Part shown: positions 16,551 through 24,605 of the stretch, in pieces
Numbering within the stretch: the stretch's first letter is position 1
Layout of the letters: every line of letters begins with the position of its first letter
IMG/VR virus record: IMGVR_UViG_3300042868_002569
Coordinates: 1-60,723 of that record
Source: a virus
Lineage: Duplodnaviria > Caudoviricetes
DNA length: 60,723 nucleotides
Direction: 5' to 3' (one strand)
Made by a program: the position numbers and the translations under genes
The notes under the pieces: generated by a model
Told to the model about the DNA's origin: nothing
Database searches by the model: none
What the model saw: the letters and a program-made list of their open reading frames with translations, nothing else

Positions 16551-17420
16551 ATGAACACGAATAACAGTATAAGTATTGCATCATCAGCGATGCTAGTTGA
16601 ACTAAGCATCAGCGGTTGGACTGCACGCAAGTTGGATAAGAAAGTATCTGCCGAGATTGATGTGGCTAAAGGCACGCAGACTCAAGCAGGTAATTACAAC
16701 AAGAACCTACTAGCAGGCACAGGGTTCTTGGATACTATCACTAAGTATGCCTCTAGTTCTAGAGCATGGCATATTTCTCAGACCTTACCTTGGTCAGATA
16801 GTGGTGTGCGTTTGTTACCTGTGTCTAACTTCATCGCTTACAAGGAACAACTAAATAAGCTAGAAGAAAACTACACCGCCCTAGTCCACAAGTTTGTAGA
16901 TGCGTACCCTAACTTAGTGACAGCGGCTGCGTTTCAATTGGGCAATCTATTCGACAGAACAGAATACCCCGATGCGGATAAGATATTCCACAAGTTCAAG
17001 TTCAGTTGTAACTTCTTTCCTGTCCCGCAGGCAGGTGACTTCCGAGTAGACATAGGCGAGGAAGCCAAGCAAGAACTAGCTAACTCATGCCAACACGCAT
17101 ACGAGGAAAGACTTAACAACGCTATGGGTGAGGTATGGCAACGATTGCATAAGTGTCTATCCAATGTTAGCGAAAGGCTTACGCTCAATAGTGACGGGGA
17201 AGAAAAGTTATTCCGAGATAGCTTGGTTGGTAATGCTCACGAACTAATCGAACTGCTGACACACCTTAACATCACGAAAGACCCCAAGCTTGAGCAAGCT
17301 CGCATAGAGTTGAACGAGGCTATCGGGCATCATGATGCCGATTCCCTACGCAGAAGTGTGGTTGCCAAAGAAGCAGTCAAGAGCAAAGTTGATTCAATCT
17401 TATCTAAATTTGAATTTTGA
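16551..17420 (+). CDS. Phage protein of a type found beside AAA/VWA pairs (possibly DUF3150-like)
   Basis: 289 aa; LVELSISGWTARKLD...TLPWSDSGVRLLP motifs; family assignment from memory. Confidence 0.6.
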   Translation: MNTNNSISIASSAMLVELSISGWTARKLDKKVSAEIDVAKGTQTQAGNYNKNLLAGTGFLDTITKYASSSRAWHISQTLPWSDSGVRLLPVSNFIAYKEQLNKLEENYTALVHKFVDAYPNLVTAAAFQLGNLFDRTEYPDADKIFHKFKFSCNFFPVPQAGDFRVDIGEEAKQELANSCQHAYEERLNNAMGEVWQRLHKCLSNVSERLTLNSDGEEKLFRDSLVGNAHELIELLTHLNITKDPKLEQARIELNEAIGHHDADSLRRSVVAKEAVKSKVDSILSKFEF

Positions 17421-17431
17421 AAGAAACAAAC

Positions 17432-18295
17432 ATGGTCAATGTAAATAAACTAGAACTATCCGACAACAAGCGACACTTACCCTACGGTGATAACCTAGAA
17501 GAGTTTCTTAACCTTGTCGCCCTAGCCAAACCATTATGCACATTTGCGGTTGATAACCAATGCGTGCGTAGTGAGTGGGTTCGCAACACCGATAACGGCT
17601 CTGAGTATATGGAAGTCCTTAACACTATCAAGGTATACGAAGATGGTGAAGCCATCGGTTCTATCTCAGTAGGTAGGCGATACCGAAGTGGTGGGCGAGA
17701 AGGTGTGTATGGTGTTGAGTCTTTCCGTATCCACAGGGAACGAGGTGATAGGAACACGACCTATGTCAAGGACATCAAGGTTGCCATGCGTAATGTCAAG
17801 AAGTTCTTTACAGGTAGGCAGGATAACGAAGTTAAAGAATTGATTACGCACAATGTAAAAAAAGGCATGGAAGCAGTAACTCATAGTGCAATTCAAAGTA
17901 TTAGTTGGTCAATAGATTCAAGAGAGATTGCATTTAACTATGTCATGCAAGCCTATCACGCACACAAACGAGATGATACCGCTGTGGCTATGCCTGTCAG
18001 AATACCTACAGTCGTAGACCAAGAAAAACTGTTTAGTAAATGCGAGGAAGTGATACAAGCCACGACGCTTGACGACCACTACAAAGGTAACAACGGATAT
18101 GGTGTTCAAATGCGGGTAGACAACAGTGTCGTAACCTATTCTTACGCATCAGATAAGATTACAAAGTACCGTAGCTTTGATGATGTACCGACCAACATTC
18201 AAGAAAAACTTGCCATGTTCAAAGTCTTGGAGAAAGGCGAAGCTTATGCCGACTTTGGTGTTAAGTTTGATGATGGGTTCTTCTACATACCGTAA
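17432..18295 (+). CDS. Hypothetical protein
   Basis: ~287 aa, last gene of the early block; start may be TTG at 17417 instead. Confidence 0.7.
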   Translation: MVNVNKLELSDNKRHLPYGDNLEEFLNLVALAKPLCTFAVDNQCVRSEWVRNTDNGSEYMEVLNTIKVYEDGEAIGSISVGRRYRSGGREGVYGVESFRIHRERGDRNTTYVKDIKVAMRNVKKFFTGRQDNEVKELITHNVKKGMEAVTHSAIQSISWSIDSREIAFNYVMQAYHAHKRDDTAVAMPVRIPTVVDQEKLFSKCEEVIQATTLDDHYKGNNGYGVQMRVDNSVVTYSYASDKITKYRSFDDVPTNIQEKLAMFKVLEKGEAYADFGVKFDDGFFYIP

Positions 18296-18301
18296 ATAAA
18301 C

Positions 18302-18330
18302 TTGAATAAAAATAGCAGTAGCACTATACT
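18302..18330 (+). promoter_or_regulatory. Sigma70-type promoter of putative sRNA1
   Basis: TTGAAT-17 bp-TATACT; no convincing ORF before the downstream terminator. Confidence 0.75.
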
Positions 18331-18336
18331 GATAGT

Positions 18337-18534
18337 GAACTCTACCTCCTTGGTTAAGTTCCTTTCAAGGTTGCTCTTGGTTTTGCCTAGTAGATGTATT
18401 ACCAAGAGATGGCTAACGCCAGCAATCTCCCTTACCGTAAGTAGGATGCGGAATCTACTTTTGCCTACATAGCTTTAGCTAACATTGCATTACCTCCGAC
18501 CCCCTAGTCCTGCAAGATTAGGGGGTTTTCTTTT
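18337..18534 (+). ncRNA. Putative structured antisense sRNA (sRNA1) against early-gene ribosome-binding leaders
   Basis: Bounded by promoter and terminator; 18346-58 is the exact reverse complement of 11908-20 and 16532-44; 18357-66 is the reverse complement of 13449-58; internal stems present. Confidence 0.7.
18500..18534 (+). terminator. Rho-independent terminator
   Basis: CCCCCTAGTC-CTGCAA-GATTAGGGGG followed by TTTTCTTTT. Confidence 0.85.
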
Positions 18535-18535
18535 G

Positions 18536-18562
18536 GACAAAGTGTCAAGTTGACACTGTGTC
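18536..18562. promoter_or_regulatory. PAL copy 10
   Basis: GACAAAGTGTCA-AGT-TGACACTGTGTC between the terminator and the next promoter. Confidence 0.9.
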
Positions 18563-18602
18563 CTATTAGGGTATGCACCTATAAAATAATTTAAAGTTTC
18601 GC

Positions 18603-18631
18603 TTGATTTCCTAAAACATGGGAACTATACT
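18603..18631 (+). promoter_or_regulatory. Sigma70-type promoter, replication operon 1
   Basis: TTGATT-17 bp-TATACT. Confidence 0.75.
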
Positions 18632-18663
18632 GTGTATAGAATCACTACACAAAAGCCGAAACC

Positions 18664-18978
18664 ATGACAACTCCTGAGACAAAGGTTAAACAAGCCGTCG
18701 TCAAAATACTTGACAAGCACGGTGCCTACCACTTCTTTCCAGCCACCCACGGCTATGGTCGTAGCGGTGTGCCTGATATTGTAGCGTGCCACAATGGTAG
18801 GTTCATCGGCATCGAATGTAAGGCGGGCAAAGGTGTTCCTACTGCACTACAAGAACGAGAGCTACGCTTAATACAACAAGCTGGCGGTATCTCTATGATT
18901 ATTCGTGAGGATACCACTAACCTACTTGACCACATTTTGTCCACCCCCACCAGTTCCCAAGAAAGGACAAATGTATGA
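18664..18978 (+). CDS. VRR-NUC domain nuclease
   Basis: TPETKVK...GRSGVPDIVAC..GRFIGIECKA...TALQ. Confidence 0.85.
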   Translation: MTTPETKVKQAVVKILDKHGAYHFFPATHGYGRSGVPDIVACHNGRFIGIECKAGKGVPTALQERELRLIQQAGGISMIIREDTTNLLDHILSTPTSSQERTNV

Positions 18979-19193
18979 ATGATGGCGTAAAACTTTTGCT
19001 TGACCGCATGGAAACCAATCCCGAAGAGTTTACAACCAAAGATTTCTCAGGGCACACTCGTTGGTCGCATCTTACAAACTACTACGACGGTGTGCTAACC
19101 GACGAAGAAAGAAACTCACTTAAAACTAAACAGACAGAACTCCTACGCAAAGAACTTACGCAAGCAGTTATGCAGGAGCTACTAAAGAAATGA
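18975..19193 (+). CDS. Hypothetical protein
   Basis: 72 aa, ATGA overlaps on both sides. Confidence 0.65.
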   Translation: MNDGVKLLLDRMETNPEEFTTKDFSGHTRWSHLTNYYDGVLTDEERNSLKTKQTELLRKELTQAVMQELLKK

Positions 19194-21025
19194 ACATCTT
19201 AACCATAGACTTCGAGACTTTTTATTCGCAGACTTACTCGTTGTCCAAGCTGACGACTGAAGAGTACATTCGTGGCGATGATTTTGAGGTCATTGGTGTA
19301 TCTGTCCAAGTGGATGATGGCAAACCACAATGGTTTAGTGGGACACATTCCGAGATAAAAGACTGGCTCAACCAATTTAACTGGAGCGACGCCCTTGCTC
19401 TAGCCCACAATGCCATGTTTGATTCCGCAATTCTTTCTTGGATATTCGACATCAGACCAAAAGCGTGGTTAGATACACTGGCTATGGCTCGTGCAACCGA
19501 TGGCTTAGAAGCAGGTAATAGCCTAGCAAAACTAGGTGAGAGATACAACGTCGGCACGAAAGGCACTGAAGTGTTAAACGCACTTGGTAAACGACGCCAT
19601 GACTTTAGCCTCATCGACCTAGCAAAATATGGCTCATACTGCAATAACGATGTAAGCATGACTTACTTGTTGTTTCAAATCTTGGTTAAACGGTTTTCAA
19701 TGTCTGAGCTTAAGTTAATTGACCTAACACTATCTATGTTCTACAACCCTGTGTTGCGTTTAGATACACCATTGCTTGAACAACACTTGATGCAAGTTAA
19801 GTCTCGCAAAGAGAAACTACTTGAGGCTTGCATATCAGATAAAGATACTTTGATGTCTAACCCCAAATTAGCCGAGTTGCTAGTCAGTTTGGGTATTGAG
19901 CCACCGATGAAGATAAGTCCTGCTAACGGAAAGGAAACATATGCCTTTGCAAAGAACGATGAAGGGTTTAAAGCCCTTGCAGAAAATCCTGATGAAAGAG
20001 TCCAAGCCATTGTCGCTGCTCGCTTGGGCACGAAGTCTACCCTTGAAGAGACAAGAACAGAACGTTTTATTGGTATATCTCTCAGGGGCAAGATGCCCGT
20101 ACCGCTTAGATACTATGCGGCACATACAGGACGATGGGGAGGAGACGACAAACTTAATCTCCAAAACCTACCGAGAAAATCGTTGCTCAAGAAAGCGATT
20201 GTTGCACCCAAAGGCTACGTGCTAGTCGATGCCGACTCATCACAGATTGAAGCTCGTACGGTTGCATGGCTATCAGGACAGAATGACCTTGTGAAAGCAT
20301 TTGATGACAAACAAGACGTATACAAAATCATGGCATCTTCTATATACGGCAAGAGAGAAGATGAAATCACGGCGGATGAAAGGTTCGTGGGTAAGACGAC
20401 AATCCTTGGAGCAGGTTACGGTATGGGTGCTATTAAGTTCTCGCTACAGCTCAAAACTTTTGGAGTGGAAATTGATGATGCGGAGGCGGCTAGGATTATT
20501 AGTGTCTACCGTGAAACATACGGATGGATTCCTAACTTGTGGAAAGAAGCTAATCGTTCCCTTGAAGCCCTTTGTAACAAGCAAACTGCGAAAGTTGGGT
20601 GCCAGTCGCAAGCACTTTCACTTACGGATAGCGGTTTTTTATTGCCCAGTGGACTACATCTCAACTACCCCGACTTAAGAAAAGATAGCGACGACCAGTG
20701 GAGTTACTCAAATCGACGTGGTCGCATTAAGATTTACGGTGGTAAGGTTGTAGAGAATGTATGCCAAGCATTAGCTCGTTGCGTTATTGGTGAGCAGATG
20801 CTTCGTATATCAAAAAGATACAAGGTTGCGTTAACCGTACACGATGCGGTGATGGCGGTTGTTAAGGAAGAAGAACGTGATGATGCCATAAGATACGTAG
20901 CCGAATGCATGAGTTGGAGACCTAAGTGGGCGCAGACACTACCGCTTGCTTGTGAGATTGGCGCAGGCCAAAACTATTCGGATTGTAGTGATAAGAAATC
21001 AATTGAAAAATGGGGGTTGGTATGA
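19190..21025 (+). CDS. DNA polymerase, family A, with 3'-5' exonuclease
   Basis: ExoI IDFET, ExoII HNAMFD, ExoIII YCNND; TGRW, NLQNLP, motif A DSSQIEAR, motif B RFVGKTTILGAGYG, motif C VHDA. Confidence 0.95.
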   Translation: MNILTIDFETFYSQTYSLSKLTTEEYIRGDDFEVIGVSVQVDDGKPQWFSGTHSEIKDWLNQFNWSDALALAHNAMFDSAILSWIFDIRPKAWLDTLAMARATDGLEAGNSLAKLGERYNVGTKGTEVLNALGKRRHDFSLIDLAKYGSYCNNDVSMTYLLFQILVKRFSMSELKLIDLTLSMFYNPVLRLDTPLLEQHLMQVKSRKEKLLEACISDKDTLMSNPKLAELLVSLGIEPPMKISPANGKETYAFAKNDEGFKALAENPDERVQAIVAARLGTKSTLEETRTERFIGISLRGKMPVPLRYYAAHTGRWGGDDKLNLQNLPRKSLLKKAIVAPKGYVLVDADSSQIEARTVAWLSGQNDLVKAFDDKQDVYKIMASSIYGKREDEITADERFVGKTTILGAGYGMGAIKFSLQLKTFGVEIDDAEAARIISVYRETYGWIPNLWKEANRSLEALCNKQTAKVGCQSQALSLTDSGFLLPSGLHLNYPDLRKDSDDQWSYSNRRGRIKIYGGKVVENVCQALARCVIGEQMLRISKRYKVALTVHDAVMAVVKEEERDDAIRYVAECMSWRPKWAQTLPLACEIGAGQNYSDCSDKKSIEKWGLV

Positions 21026-22155
21026 CTGCAATTATTGAATGGCTTGGTAGTGGATTAATTAAAATTCTTGATATGTTCAAGAACCCTGAGTTGATTAAAC
21101 CTGAACCACAAATAATAGAAGTAGAAGAAACTCTTGACAAACGGTTAACAATTGATGGTGTAGAAAAGGGCGAGTTCCCAAAGACACTTAGTCAGTTACT
21201 TGATAACTTGGACGCTACGTTTGATGCATACAAAACGCCTAGTTTTAATAGTTGGATTACTACCGATGAACGGATTGGGTTGAAGAAGTTAGGTGCACAC
21301 GTACCAAACCCTTGGTTGTTTAATACTTACAAGCATGGTGATTTAAAAGTATCAAGCACTGAAAAGATGCCTAGCTTAATGATGATTTCTTTGGATGCTA
21401 GAGAGTCACATGGCACTAAGAGTATCTCACCCAGCTTCATGTATGCAGTTAAACAAAAGACGCACCCTTGGTTTGTGCAGAAAAAGAAGGGCACTGTGTA
21501 TAAAGTAGGCGCAGCTTATTTTTTAAACAAGCTGTATTGGGCGTGTGCTTGGCTTGTTGTAAAAGAAGACGGCACAGTTGAGTTATGCAAGGAACACAGA
21601 GCCGACCCAATTGTAATAAAGAAAGGTAGACATAAAGGTTACTCATATAACAAAAAAGTTTATGACATGCCCGACATATGTCATGATTGGGACGACGGCG
21701 AACACGTCCTAAAAGAAATATTTTTAAACCTGTTTGAGTGGTGGATTAAACGTGATGAGCGTTGGAACGTAACAGTTAAGAAGAACGGCGACAGAGTTAC
21801 TTTTTGTGTAAACAAAGAGCTTACTAAGAAATACTTTGCCGACAGAGATAAGTCAGTAAAGACAAGCACAGGACAAACTAAACGCATCATTCACTTTGTG
21901 AAAGAGCACGAACGAAACTACGGAGACAAAATACGCACGGTGAAAGAACACATCAGAGGTTTAAATAAATTTAGTTGGAAAGGTTATCAGTGTATTGTGT
22001 CAGCACCTGAATTTGGGATGCATTTATCATCTGTAATGTTTGATTTAACCCCTGACGTGGAGCTTAATGATGGGGAAATAAGAGAAGGTTACGTATCAAT
22101 AAGTAAAGTTGGGTTGATGCTTGCCCAAGATGAAGAGCGAAGAGCAGAAAGATAA
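21022..22155 (+). CDS. Hypothetical protein
   Basis: ~377 aa; C-terminal HFVKEHER...VKEHIRG basic motif. Confidence 0.7.
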   Translation: MTAIIEWLGSGLIKILDMFKNPELIKPEPQIIEVEETLDKRLTIDGVEKGEFPKTLSQLLDNLDATFDAYKTPSFNSWITTDERIGLKKLGAHVPNPWLFNTYKHGDLKVSSTEKMPSLMMISLDARESHGTKSISPSFMYAVKQKTHPWFVQKKKGTVYKVGAAYFLNKLYWACAWLVVKEDGTVELCKEHRADPIVIKKGRHKGYSYNKKVYDMPDICHDWDDGEHVLKEIFLNLFEWWIKRDERWNVTVKKNGDRVTFCVNKELTKKYFADRDKSVKTSTGQTKRIIHFVKEHERNYGDKIRTVKEHIRGLNKFSWKGYQCIVSAPEFGMHLSSVMFDLTPDVELNDGEIREGYVSISKVGLMLAQDEERRAER

Positions 22156-22157
22156 CA

Positions 22158-22337
22158 ATGGAAAAAGTAGATTACAGCCCTTCCTACCTAGAAGCAAAGA
22201 AGTGTTTAGAGCTAGCGCATGATGCGTTAACAGTGGGTAAGTTTCAAATTGCCTATGACCATTGCTTAAATGCACAGGTTGAGATGCGGTTGATGAGCAC
22301 AGCGGTTAAATCTTGGATGCCTAGGAAGGATGATTGA
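22158..22337 (+). CDS. Small hypothetical protein (59 aa, not in ORF track)
   Basis: MEKVDYSPSYLEAKK...KSWMPRKDD fills the gap and overlaps the next start. Confidence 0.55.
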   Translation: MEKVDYSPSYLEAKKCLELAHDALTVGKFQIAYDHCLNAQVEMRLMSTAVKSWMPRKDD

Positions 22338-23011
22338 TGAGCAATTTAAAATGGTCTTACTCTTCGTTGGGTTTATTCCAACAATGCCCACGTAAGTATT
22401 ATCACTTGCGTGTGGTCAAGGACATCAAAGAACCTGAGACAACGGCGATTCTATACGGCAAAGAAGTGCACCTTGCTTTAGAAGAATACATCCGTGACGG
22501 TAAACCCATACCTGCTCAGTTCAAAGAGTTCACTGATATAGCAGATATGTTAAAGGCAATGCCAGGGGATAAGTTATGCGAATACAAGATGGGACTAACA
22601 AAAGATATACAAGCGTGTGGTTTTTTCGACGAGAACGTATGGTTCAGAGGAGTCGCCGACTTGCTCATCATCAACGGGGATACAGCACGGGTTATTGACT
22701 ACAAGACTGGTAAGTCATCTGAGTTTGCCGACAAGAAACAACTTGAGTTAATGGCGTTGGCGTTGTTCAAACACTTCCCAAAGGTACGCACAGTTAAAGC
22801 AGGGCTTATCTTTTTGGTTGCCAACGACTTCATAAAAGCCAACTTTGAGAAGAAAGACGCACCGATTACATGGCTTAAATGGATTCAAGAAACAGACCGA
22901 CTAGAAGAAGCACACGAAGTTAATGTTTGGAACCCTAAACCAAACTTTACCTGCCGTAAGTATTGTTTGGTAAAAGATTGTGAACATAACGGAAAAGGAC
23001 ATTACAGATGA
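22334..23011 (+). CDS. Cas4/RecB-like PD-(D/E)XK exonuclease
   Basis: WSYSSL..FQQCP, G..VH, RGVAD...IDYKTG, QLELMA, C-terminal CxxC..C. Confidence 0.9.
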   Translation: MMSNLKWSYSSLGLFQQCPRKYYHLRVVKDIKEPETTAILYGKEVHLALEEYIRDGKPIPAQFKEFTDIADMLKAMPGDKLCEYKMGLTKDIQACGFFDENVWFRGVADLLIINGDTARVIDYKTGKSSEFADKKQLELMALALFKHFPKVRTVKAGLIFLVANDFIKANFEKKDAPITWLKWIQETDRLEEAHEVNVWNPKPNFTCRKYCLVKDCEHNGKGHYR

Positions 23012-23226
23012 CATGGGATTTGAAATGTAACGTATCCACAATAATTGTGGATGTTGAAGGGTTCATCGGGTACTTACATACACCCGAACTTAATTACCCT
23101 GACATGTCTGCAACTATAAAAATGTTTAGTTCAATAGACCCTGAGATACAAAAGATTATGTGTGTCGTAGGTGGTGAACCTGATGTTCAATATATTAGAC
23201 ACAAAGATGGGTGGGTAGCAGTATGA
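23008..23226 (+). CDS. Hypothetical protein
   Basis: 72 aa, overlaps both neighbours. Confidence 0.55.
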   Translation: MTWDLKCNVSTIIVDVEGFIGYLHTPELNYPDMSATIKMFSSIDPEIQKIMCVVGGEPDVQYIRHKDGWVAV

Positions 23227-23411
23227 ATGAAGAAGAGTTGAGAGATTGCTTTGCTATGTTTGCAATGATGGGTATCGTAATGAAGCATGGCACAGAGCGG
23301 GAGTTACTAGAAGACGATGCTTATCTAATGGCTGACCGAATGTTACAAGCACGTAAACCAAAAGACGAAGCGGGTATTGCCTCAGTTAAACGAACAAGGA
23401 AAACAAAATGA
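23223..23411 (+). CDS. Small phage protein (LRDCFAMFAM...AYLMADRMLQAR)
   Basis: RDxFAxxAM...AYxxADxMLxxR motif that I recognise from small phage proteins. Confidence 0.65.
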   Translation: MNEEELRDCFAMFAMMGIVMKHGTERELLEDDAYLMADRMLQARKPKDEAGIASVKRTRKTK

Positions 23412-23599
23412 ACGAAGAAATTAAAGACGACAAGGCTTGGATTGCTAAGCTAAGAAACTTTTTGATTGTGCTAATGGTTGGATTTGCCATCGGCAGCATA
23501 ACAACTAACGCTACCTTCACTTACCACTTGCAACAGGACTGTGATACGTTGAAGCAGTTCCGTATTGGGAAGTTAGCTTATACCTGCATGGTGAGATGA
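23408..23599 (+). CDS. Small membrane protein
   Basis: One hydrophobic segment FLIVLMVGFAIGSI. Confidence 0.6.
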   Translation: MNEEIKDDKAWIAKLRNFLIVLMVGFAIGSITTNATFTYHLQQDCDTLKQFRIGKLAYTCMVR

Positions 23600-24234
23600 T
23601 GACATTTTTAGTAGCCAACATTCCACCAGTTAAATGCTTTGTGCGTAAGGAATTTTTATACAACCACGAATCAGGTCATGGTGAATTAGAGCCGTGCGTG
23701 TGGATGACCGCCAAGGCAATCAAGGGACAAGCGTTTCGTATCGAATCAATGCTAACTAACTACGGGGCACTGTACGATAAGTTACCTATCAGTGCTTACG
23801 TATGGAAAGAAGTAACTGACCCGCTACCACTAGATTTTTTACAGATATGGGATTGCCTGTCTTACGACATGGCTGTGATTGAGAAGTCTAACTTGCGTGG
23901 GCTTAAGGTTAAATACTTTGGCAAGGATAAACAGTTTCATTTTGGTAACTACTTGTTCACGATTGACTTCGCCAGTCCTGATACTAATCGTTTAGATACT
24001 AGCTTTAGTGAAGGGGTCGAGGAGCATAAGTCGTACAACTTTATCAAGCTAGATAACGGTCAATTTGCCTGCCAACCAAACAACAGATGCCTATGGTATG
24101 ACGTATCCTTGGTGCCTGCCGTACTCAAGACACCTGACTTTAAGATACCAACCAAAGTGTATAGCGTAGAGAACCACGCCAAATGGACTGCAAAAGATGA
24201 GTGGTTTTATAACTTTGAAGAGTTAAACAAATGA
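23596..24234 (+). CDS. Phage hypothetical protein
   Basis: 212 aa; ANIPP...GALYDKLPISA...QIWDC...GQFACQPNNR. Confidence 0.75.
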   Translation: MMTFLVANIPPVKCFVRKEFLYNHESGHGELEPCVWMTAKAIKGQAFRIESMLTNYGALYDKLPISAYVWKEVTDPLPLDFLQIWDCLSYDMAVIEKSNLRGLKVKYFGKDKQFHFGNYLFTIDFASPDTNRLDTSFSEGVEEHKSYNFIKLDNGQFACQPNNRCLWYDVSLVPAVLKTPDFKIPTKVYSVENHAKWTAKDEWFYNFEELNK

Positions 24235-24410
24235 AACTTAAGAAACCAAACGCTGTCCAATTACTTGATTACGACGGCATGAATCAACAAGAAGTTGCAG
24301 ATGCGCTAGGTATTAGTAGAGCCTCAGTGCAACACATTGAACGTCGTGCTTATAAAAAGTTTAAGCGTGAGTTAGCTAAAAGAATAAAGCACATTACCGA
24401 TTTATTATGA
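24231..24410 (+). CDS. Stand-alone sigma-70 region 4-like HTH protein (59 aa, not in ORF track)
   Basis: MKLKKPNAVQLLDYDGMNQQEVADALGISRASVQHIERRAYKKFKRELAKRIKHITDLL; ATGA overlap with upstream gene. Confidence 0.75.
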   Translation: MKLKKPNAVQLLDYDGMNQQEVADALGISRASVQHIERRAYKKFKRELAKRIKHITDLL

Positions 24411-24437
24411 CACCGCAAGAACAACAGAGAGAAGAAC

Positions 24438-24605
24438 GTGAACAACGAAAACGAAAAAACAAAGAACAAAACGATTAGCCGAGAGCAGATTATTTTATGG
24501 TCATACGAAGCGGGGTTCCCGACAAACTATGCACGTAACGAGATAGCACGCTTTGAAACATTTGCACGCCTTGTGCAGAAACACTTAGAAAGGGATTACA
24601 AATGA
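24438..24605 (+). CDS. Possible small protein (55 aa, GTG start)
   Basis: Open frame ...SREQIILWSYEAGF...FARLVQKHLERDYK ending in an ATGA overlap with the next gene. Confidence 0.4.
   Translation: MNNENEKTKNKTISREQIILWSYEAGFPTNYARNEIARFETFARLVQKHLERDYK

Noticed and set aside
18337-18534. tRNA or self-cleaving ribozyme in the sRNA1 region
   Set aside because: No T-loop (TTCGA) cloverleaf, and I could not fit hammerhead, twister or HDV-like cores by eye; an Rfam search is still advisable.
9315-18562. PAL repeats as a CRISPR array, with the Cas4-like gene as a cas gene
   Set aside because: Spacing is irregular (about 80 bp to 2 kb) and contains whole genes; no cas1/cas2 or effector gene; Cas4-like nucleases are common stand-alone phage replication genes.
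9315-18562. PAL repeats as integron attC or tyrosine-recombinase sites
   Set aside because: No RYYYAAC/GTTRRRY ends, too short for attC, central spacer of 3-4 bp is shorter than typical tyrosine-recombinase overlaps, and no recombinase gene is recognisable.
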